Below the pieces are notes generated by a model that was not told where the DNA came from, did no database searches, and saw only the letters and a program-made list of their open reading frames with translations. Shown in pieces: positions 9,768 through 17,405 of a DNA stretch of 17,405 bases. The translations under genes were made by a program, and so were the position numbers. The stretch lies in the NCBI RefSeq assembly GCF_006345805.1, contig NW_021824886.1, forward strand, positions 1 through 17,405, in the 5' to 3' direction. How positions within the stretch are numbered: the first letter of the stretch is position 1; each line of letters starts with the position of its first letter. Source of the DNA: Octopus sinensis (lineage: Eukaryota).

Positions 9768-10189
9768 GGCGCAGGCGTGGCTGTGTGGTAAGTAGCTTGT
9801 TTACCAACCACATGGTTCCGGGTTCAGTCCCACTGTGTGGCACCTTGGGCAAGTGTTTTCTACTATAGCCTCGTGCCGACCAAAGCCTTGTGAGTGGATT
9901 TCGTTGACGGAAACTGAAAGAAGCCCGTCGTATATATGTATATATATGTATGCGTGTGTGTGTTTGTGTGTGTCTGTGTTTGTCCCCGTAGCATTGCTTG
10001 ACAGCCGATGCTGGTGTGTTTATGTCCCCGTAACTTAGCGGTTCGGCAAAAGAGACCGATAGAATAAGTACTGGGCTTACAAAAGAATAAGTCCCGGGGT
10101 CGAGTTGCTCGATTAAAGGCGGTTCTCCAGCATGGCCGCAGTCAAATGACTGAAACAAATAAAAGAGTAAAAGAGTAAAAAGAGAGTAA
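9768..10189 (+). mobile_element. tRNA-derived CORE-type SINE, family B, copy 3 (full length)
   Basis: A box TGGCTGTGTGG (9778-9788), B box GGTTCAGTCCC (9821-9831), MIR/CORE-like accttgggcaagtg...agcctc, internal TA/TG tract, 3' hairpin cagtc-aaat-gactg and (AAAGAGT)n tail. Resembles the octopus OR-type SINEs. Confidence 0.9.
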
Positions 10190-10244
10190 GCAAATCGACT
10201 GAATCGATACGAGTATGGAATATCAGACTAACCATTAACCACTA

Positions 10245-10505
10245 GGCGCGTGGCCGAATGATGCGCGGTTTGAACTCACGGTCGGAAGTTCGTGGTTGCG
10301 ATTGTCGAACCGTGAGGCGCGTTGTGTTCTTGAGCAAGACACTCCATTTCTCGTTGCTCCAGTTCACTCAGCTGTAGAAATGAGTAACTCCTGTGAATAG
10401 CTGAGGAAGGAGACCTCGTTCAGAGGAATGTTGTGAGATCTCAGACACTTATAGGCCATGGAAAGCGTGTAACCGGTCCTATGAGTCCTCAGACTCGGAA
10501 CAGTT
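10245..10505 (+). mobile_element. tRNA-derived SINE, family C (degenerate)
   Basis: ggcgcgtggccgaatg head, degenerate B box, gtgttcttgagcaagacact...tgctccagttcactcagctgt central block typical of tRNA SINEs; runs into a (GAT)n tract. Single copy in the window. Confidence 0.6.
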
Positions 10506-10522
10506 ATGACCGGTGGGGTGGG

Positions 10523-10990
10523 GGATGATGACGACAACGACAATGACGCCAACAATGATGATGATGACGACAATGGTGACTACGGTGACGATGATGATGA
10601 TGATGAGGAGGAGGAGGAGGAGGACTATGAGACGACGACGACGACGATGGTGATGATGATTATGATGATGATGACGATGGTGATGATGATGATGATGACG
10701 ACAACGACAACAACGACGATGACGATGATGATGATTAGAAGGAGGAAGAGGAGGAGGAAAACGACGACGATGATGGTGATGATGATGGTGATGATGATGA
10801 GGATGAGGAAGAGGATGATGATGATGATGATGACAACGATGGTGACTACGATGACGATGAAGATGAGAAGCAGGAGGAGAAAGAGGAGGACGAGAAGGAG
10901 GAGGAGTAGGGAGAAGAGGAGGAGGACGACGGTGATGGTGGTGATGATGATTATGATGACGACGACGACCACCACCACCACCACCACGAT
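10523..10990. repeat. (GAT)/(GAC)/(GAG)n trinucleotide low-complexity tract
   Basis: Direct reading. Confidence 0.9.
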
Positions 10991-11376
10991 GGTCTTCAGG
11001 GTCACCGGTTCAAATCCGCCTTCGGTCATCCTTTCTGCGTTTGCAAAGAAAACGATTCTTTATTCCTTAAATATGCAATTATTCAAATTCTGCTCTCATA
11101 GAAAACGAGAGGTCGCCAACGAGCGTACAACTCTTATTCATTTACATAGAAATCCTTTCCTCACTTCTTAGGCAAAAACGACAAAAGCTCAGCTTTGTTA
11201 ATCTGGGAACTGATGGCATTTGGCAAGTTACCTAAAATATATTTTTTATCTTTATTTCCTCCAATAACTCGATTTTATATCAGCGAATGCCGTAACTTTA
11301 CTGCAAAATGTGTAAAAGCGAAAACAAATACTAACAATGAGATGAAAGAATAGTTGTTGGAAAAACACAGGAAATA

Positions 11377-11545
11377 TTACAAAAACCTCCGTTTGATGGA
11401 CATCAAATCCGCCATTTTTGTTGGCTTAGAAAGCCACCATTTTAACGTATTACAAAATCACTATTTCGATGGCGTACAAACCCTCCGTTTTAACCGATTA
11501 CAAAACCACCGTTTTGCAAGATTATAAAACAGTCATTCTTCATAC
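11377..11545 (+). repeat. Degenerate 24-bp minisatellite, about 7 units
   Basis: Units start at 11377, 11401, 11426, 11450, 11474, 11498 and 11522; consensus approximately TTACAAAACCACCGTTTTNANNGA. Confidence 0.75.
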
Positions 11546-11625
11546 ATTTTACTAAACCAACCACCACTTCTTATTTTTATGTATTTATTTATTTATTTAT
11601 TTATTCATTTATTTGCTTATTGCAG

Positions 11626-11817
11626 TACGAAGCAGCCCTGGCAGTTGACGCAGTCAGTCTGTTTACACGTGCTATGAAAAACCTTTCAAATAATGGCTTG
11701 TTTGAGTCGTTGTTCATCCGGTCTAAAAGTGGAACAAACAGCAGTAAGAGCTGTGCTACAGTCCAAAAACTGAATGTTTGGAATAAAGGCAAAATAGTTT
11801 TAAAAGCAATGAAAGAG
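11626..11817 (+). CDS. Internal 192-bp coding exon of the AMPA-type glutamate receptor; YEAALAVDAVSLFTRAMKNL...KSCATVQKLNVWNKGKIVLKAMKE
   Basis: Acceptor ttattgcAG (11624-11625), donor GTaatt (11818), phase 0-0. Matches GluA2 [20 protein letters not shown]...[22 protein letters not shown], including the conserved Cys and W.xG. Confidence 0.93.
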
Positions 11818-11939
11818 GTAATTATAGCATTTGTTGTCATCTTTTTTTTCTTTCTTACTTGATGGTTTCTGCATCAATTTAAATCTTCCTTTTAATACAC
11901 AACACACACGAGTGTGTTGTGTGTGTGTGTGTACATTCG

Positions 11940-12124
11940 GCATGCATAACTGCTAAATCTACGGGTTCTTTCCATTTTCTGTTTATTTTCTCTTATTCCT
12001 TTCTGTTGAAGAGCGTAGGCTCGAAACGTAAAAAGTCTTTTTCATTTTCCTGAGCGTCAAATTAATACACCTGCTTGTTGTTCATACCCCTGTCTTCCGC
12101 TTTTGTTTTTCTATAAATTTCAAC
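11940..12124 (+). mobile_element. Short element with a hammerhead-like motif ending in (TA)n (Penelope-like remnant)
   Basis: Hammerhead-like motif, T-rich 3' part, abuts (TA)n at 12125; 5' boundary approximate. Confidence 0.45.
11999..12035 (+). ncRNA. Degenerate hammerhead-like motif
   Basis: CUUU-CUGUUGA-A-GAGC(guag)GCUC-GAAA-CG-UA-AAAAG; non-canonical core. Confidence 0.45.
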
Positions 12125-12181
<57 letters not shown>

Positions 12182-12200
12182 AGGTACATATATATATATA

Positions 12201-12790
12201 GGGTGGCGAATACTCGTTATAAATACAACCACCAATGGCCTAGCGTGTATAAAAAGTCAAAAGACAACATATTCGTATTTCAAAATAGAAAATTACCCTT
12301 TAACAGGTAATTTTTATATGCTAGAAATAGCAGCCAACACGGCCAAAAACCACAATTTTATAGCAAATTTCGAAGTGCATGAAAAATAAAAACCTTTACC
12401 TTGTTATATAACGGTTATACCAATGGTTTCGAATCTCTTTAGCAAATAATATTGCTTGCCATCTTTTAATAGATAATTTAGCAAGACCGTATTATCTACC
12501 AGACGAATTCTCGTCAGTAACCGGCCAAAACAACTAACTTAACTGTTTCTTATCAAAAAATAACTTTTTCCTATGTATGGTGACATATATACGGGGATAG
12601 GAAAGCCTTCTTTTTTTCTGTCGATGGCTTATATGCCCTGTTATTAGACTATTTTCTTTAATCATTGCACCGTGATCGCCATAAATAAACTTTAAGCTTA
12701 TATAAAAAATTTTTAAAAACCATTATTATTATTTACAGGATTGTAAAATACGGCACCGTATAACAAAACCATTCGCACTGAAAGCATATA
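12201..12790 (-). mobile_element. About 590-bp non-coding hammerhead-bearing element between (TA)n tracts
   Basis: (TA)n on both sides; contains the 12412-12523 hammerhead. Confidence 0.55.
12412..12523 (-). ncRNA. Type-I hammerhead ribozyme motif with a large branched stem II insertion
   Basis: Minus strand: CGGUUA-CUGACGA-GAAU(72 nt)AUUC-GAAA-CC(auu)GG-UA-UAACCG. Confidence 0.75.
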
Positions 12791-12842
12791 ATACATACAT
12801 ACATATATATATATATTATATTATATATATATATATATATAT

Positions 12843-12900
<58 letters not shown>

Positions 12901-12903
<3 letters not shown>

Positions 12904-13297
12904 TAAAGTAAATAAATGGCACAACGAAGCACCGATATTTACTGGAAAATAGCGAACGTAATAAATACGATGCTAATGTATAGCTTCACTGCGTATGTAC
13001 TAGTAAAGATGCGTGTGTGCAACAAACATGAAAAAAATTGTCTTACCTCAAGGAAGAACATCTGAAAAATGAAAAACCTAGAAACGGATAATGCAGTACC
13101 GGTTTCAGACTCTCCAAAATACGTCTGCCAACGTATATTTGATTTGTCATCATCAGCTGCATAAACCTCAACAACATTTCAAATGTTGCCACATCTATGC
13201 CAGTACACTCGTCTGAACGCCAAAGCGTTAACAGAACGAGAACAGTGAAGAAGTTTCAATGAAAATAGTAATGCAATACGAGAGTATTGCTTTCCAG
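12901..13297 (-). mobile_element. About 400-bp non-coding hammerhead-bearing element between (TA)n tracts
   Basis: (TA)n on both sides; contains the 13091-13162 hammerhead. Confidence 0.55.
13091..13162 (-). ncRNA. Type-I hammerhead ribozyme motif with extended stem II
   Basis: Minus strand: AUGCAG-CUGAUGA-UGAC(35 nt with hairpin)GUCU-GAAA-CCGG-UA-CUGCAU; palindromic ACCGGU stem III; first stem II pair is a U-U mismatch. Confidence 0.8.
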
Positions 13298-13389
<92 letters not shown>

Positions 13390-13445
13390 CATACATATAT
13401 ATATATATAGATACATATATATATACATATATATTATATATATAT

Positions 13446-13493
<48 letters not shown>

Positions 13494-13586
13494 TACATAT
13501 ATATATATATTTACATATATATATATATATGTATAGAGAGAGAGAGAAGGAGAGAGAGGTAACAGACAGAGACGTAAAGTTGGATC

Positions 13587-13644
<58 letters not shown>

Positions 13645-13657
13645 CAGATAGATAGAT
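13298..13657. repeat. (TA)n, (GA)n and (GATA)n microsatellites
   Basis: Direct reading. Confidence 0.95.
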
Positions 13658-14330
13658 ATTCACACACACCTGCACACTTCCTTTCTTCCTCTTAATTAAA
13701 TAACTAACCCTAGCTTAAATAAACCATCGCTTAACCCTACGTACAGATCACGTGCTGGAGTTTATTAATTAGCCATACATTTCCACAATGCACACCAGAA
13801 CACGAGTCTATCTTCGAATTAGCAAACCCAGAACTAGTTTTTTCTTTTTCTTTTTTTTTCTTTTTGTAAGAAGAATTTTTCATTCCTTTTGAAGCCGGCA
13901 AAGCTTTCATCTATTCCTGCTCCCTAACGAGATAGTTTCATTATATTTTGTTCTTTTAATGAACTCCCCACCACGACCACCACCGCCGCTGTTCCCGAAT
14001 TTATACTTTTCGCTTATCTTTTTGGGGTTATTCTCACAGCTAGAAATTTTTTTTTTAAATCATTTGGTGATGGACCTACCTGACACTCTAAACCCACGCA
14101 CCCCTCGCATTTTTGTAGACTAACCCTACAAGTCGAACGAATATTAAGACTTGGTCTCAACCCCTCCGCTCCCCTAATCCCTCGCTCGATCCGCTCCAAA
14201 TGCAGTTTTACCTCATATCATTACAACCACCGCCGCCGACGCCACTACCACCATCGCTATCGCTACAACCACTTCCTCTTCTTTCTTTCGTCCCCCACCC
14301 TTCTCTTCCTTCTCCTCATTCCCGTTCTCA

Positions 14331-14373
<43 letters not shown>

Positions 14374-14872
14374 TATCTCTTTCTCTCCTCCTTTTTCCGC
14401 TAAAGAATTTATTGCCTCTTCTACGATGCTCCCTTCAAAGTTACATTCCGATTTTCCCCTTTATTTTATTATATTTTATATTTTATTAACTATTTTCTTT
14501 CTCTCCTTTAATTTCTCCTTGTTTTTTATCAGCCACGCCCTCCCTCCATCTCTCTCTCGCCCTCTATCTCCCTCCCCTCTCTTCCCCCTCTCTCTTTCTC
14601 AGTGTTTATCCTTCTATCCTTCTGTTAACTAAGCAATTCCCTAAATAAAACGAAGGCCATTTCCATTTGTCTTTTTACAAGTCAAGAATATCTCAAACAT
14701 ATTTGAATTAATCTAAAAGTTGGTTTATATCTCAACACTGCTTTGCGCACCAACCATTTATTTTGTTTCAGCCTGGCCGCCATAGCGTTCTGTCAGTGGA
14801 TATTTTCTACAGATTTTCTATAAGAGAGCCAAGGTTTCCATTCATTTCAGGGTTGTCCCCCCTTGTTATTTA

Positions 14873-14910
14873 ATACTGATGAGAGCATAAAGAGCTCGAA
14901 AACCATATAT
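14873..14910 (+). ncRNA. Degenerate hammerhead-like motif
   Basis: AUA-CUGAUGA-GAGC(auaaaga)GCUC-GAAA-ACCA-UA-UAU; core and stem II intact, stems I and III weak. Confidence 0.5.
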
Positions 14911-14980
14911 CAATCCATATGTGGCGCTCCGAAATGACTTTGATGTTGTACACCGTTTTTTCTTTTTTTTTGTTTTTTGC

Positions 14981-15398
14981 TTTTATCTTTTACTTCATTC
15001 AGTCCATTAGACTGCGCCCATGCTAGGGCACTACCTTCGAGAATTTTAGTCGAACGAATCGACCCCAGTACTTCTTTAAGGTGTGATACTTATTTTATCA
15101 GGCTCCTTTTGCCGAACTGTTAAGTTAAAGTTACAGACACGTAAACAAACCAACACCAGTTGTCAAACAGTGGAAGGATACACACACACACACACACACA
15201 TATATATATGGGTATGTATGCATTATGTAAGTATGTATATATACAATGAGTGCCTTTCAGTTTCCGTTCTAATCCACTTTTGAGGAGTGGGTCGACCCGA
15301 GACTATAGTGAAGACACTCAATGTGCAACGCCGTGGGACAGAACCCCAAACCATCTGGTTGGGAAGCAAACTTCTTACCACACAGCCACGGCCGCGCC
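14981..15398 (-). mobile_element. tRNA-derived CORE-type SINE, family B, copy 4 (diverged)
   Basis: Same blocks as copies 1-2 (gactgcg..catgct, tcgacccca, gccgaact, ttcagtttccgt, cttaccacacagccac) with more substitutions. Confidence 0.8.
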
Positions 15399-16290
15399 TA
15401 TACCGAGACTATATCTCCAACCACCGTGAAAATGGCTAGCTACAATGAAAGTGTTCTCTACACAATCTAATATCAGAGAATCATATCAAGGTTCACATGA
15501 AGGGCAGCTCGTCTACAACATCAGGTCACTTCTAATTGTCAACCCCCAGTACAGGACACACAGTGGTTCTGAGTTCAGTAAGCAAATCTCTTTAAATGTT
15601 GGGACCATAATAAAACACAATGGATTATTTCTATTTGTGGTAGGTCCAACTCAACACGACCCGAGCGAAGTTCTTTATGCTTAAAAAAAAAAATTCGGAT
15701 CAGAGCTCTAATTTTGGGATTATGTGGCAGGTGTGCTGCTTCTCTCCGTATTTTCTCTTACCTAGTTTTCTCTTACCTAGTTCTGCTCCTTAGTTGTTAC
15801 ATGAGAGAAATGTTCCAAATAAGACTGCAGCCCGAACTTGTGGGTAACGCTGCGGGAAGTACCTAAGTTACACCTTATCAATTCAAGGTCATTGTTCGAT
15901 TTCCGGCTGGCTGAAGGCTCATATAGTTCGACTATAAATTTATTTCATTCATTTCTGTGATGTGCATTCCCCAAATAATTTTTGTTTTGTGTTTTGGTCT
16001 CATCTCAACAACATACCACCACCACTACCACCACCATTGCCGCCGCTATATATGTTTTTTGAGAACATGGGGAATGGAAAATTGTAATATTCATGCGTTT
16101 TCCGATTTCCCAAGACTGATAACGACACAAGTGACCTTTTCTTGCTTTCAGCGAGAATTGAAACCCGTTCCAACTACTCGGACAAGGTTGTTCTATAGCT
16201 TTTGATTTCACTCTGTGAATGGAGTTCTACTAAAGCACATCACAAGCTTTATATTAACTCTGCTTTCAACATAATAATCCTTTAGTTTCC

Positions 16291-16350
16291 TATATACGCA
16301 TGTATGTATGTGTGTGTGTATGTATGTATGTGTGTGTGTATGTATGTATG

Positions 16351-16384
<34 letters not shown>

Positions 16385-17074
16385 TGTGTGTATGTATGTG
16401 TGTATGTATGTATATATGTATGTGCGTGTATGTATGTATATATGTATGTGCGTATGTATGTATATATGTATGTGTGTGTATGTATATATGTATGTGTGTG
16501 TGTATGTATATATGTATGTGCGTGTATGTATGTATATATGTTTGTATGTGTGTATGTATGTATGTATGTGTGTACTTATGTATATATATGTATGTGTGTA
16601 TGTATGTATGTATGTATATATGTATGTGTGTATGCATGTATTTATATGGGTAAGTGTATATATATGTATCTATGTGTTATTGTATGTATGTATGTTTGTG
16701 TGTGTTTGTGCACGCATATATATGTATGTCTGTATGTATGTGCGTATATGTGTATAAATATATATATATATATATATGCATATGTATATGTGTATGTATA
16801 TATATAATATCAGCCTTTTAGATAGGATCAAAGTGTTCTTTATTGATATATATATATATATATATACACATATGTATATATGTGTGTGTTTGTGTGTATG
16901 TGTGTCTATGCGCACGTGTGTGTATGTGTGCGTACGTGTGTGTGTATATATATATATATATATACATACATACATATGTATGATGTGTGTGTGTGTGTGT
17001 GTGTGTGAATATGCACGATTCTTTTTCTCTGTCTTTGCGTGTGCGCGTGTGAAGAGAGAGAGAGAGAGAGAGAC

Positions 17075-17115
<41 letters not shown>
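16291..17115. repeat. (TATG)n/(TG)n/(TA)n/(GA)n/(CA)n compound microsatellite region
   Basis: Direct reading. Confidence 0.95.
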
Positions 17116-17117
<2 letters not shown>

Positions 17118-17405
17118 AGAGAGCGAGTTAATATTAATGACAAGGCTCTCCTGACGGCGGATACGGAGCTAATCCCTGATACCAGCGCTATTCCTACCAA
17201 CTACTGCAACGACATTCTGCTACACAATGCTTTTTCTAGCAACGGAACAATCAATTTGGCGAACAGCAGTCAAAAGAAGATTAACATTTTCTGCCATAAT
17301 TTGCAGACGACAACTGTATCTAAAGGTTTTGCATATGATGAGGACGAGAAGGAGGAGGAGGAGGAGGAGGAATTAGTGATTTCGTGGTTATGGAGGGGGA
17401 CGGTG

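Noticed and set aside
10506-11171. 221-aa ORF
   Set aside because: Translation of trinucleotide repeats (poly D/E/M/T/R) with no domain or splice support.
11377-11545. CRISPR-like array
   Set aside because: Contiguous degenerate units without unique spacers, eukaryotic context, no cas genes.
13704-14180. Scattered TAACCC telomere-like hexamers
   Set aside because: Too few and not tandem.
15751-15793. Tandem 15-bp ttttctcttacctag duplication resembling stacked splice acceptors
   Set aside because: Downstream frames do not resemble the expected next GluA exon (EGL.G.I.FD..G.R), which I could not find in the window.

Overview
AT-rich, microsatellite-dense animal genomic DNA, most likely an octopus (inferred from the SINE types and repeat landscape). 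The window lies inside a + strand gene for an AMPA-type ionotropic glutamate receptor. Three phase-0 exons (971-1024, 7832-7993, 11626-11817) splice in frame to 136 aa of the amino-terminal domain; the ORF track misses two of them. The introns hold three tRNA-derived SINE families (7 copies), 3' fragments of three LINE clades (Tx1/L1, R4/Dong-like, RTE), a 186-bp foldback palindrome, a 24-bp minisatellite and many simple repeats. The most striking signal is six sequence-unrelated type-I hammerhead-ribozyme motifs in about 7 kb, four of them in short modules next to (TA)n tracts. The well-formed ones are antisense to the host gene, and two have greatly enlarged stem II domains. Also notable: a duplicated intron end with its splice acceptor, a shared SINE/Tx1-LINE 3' tail, and inverted SINEs flanking in-frame exons. 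All family assignments are from recall, not database searches.
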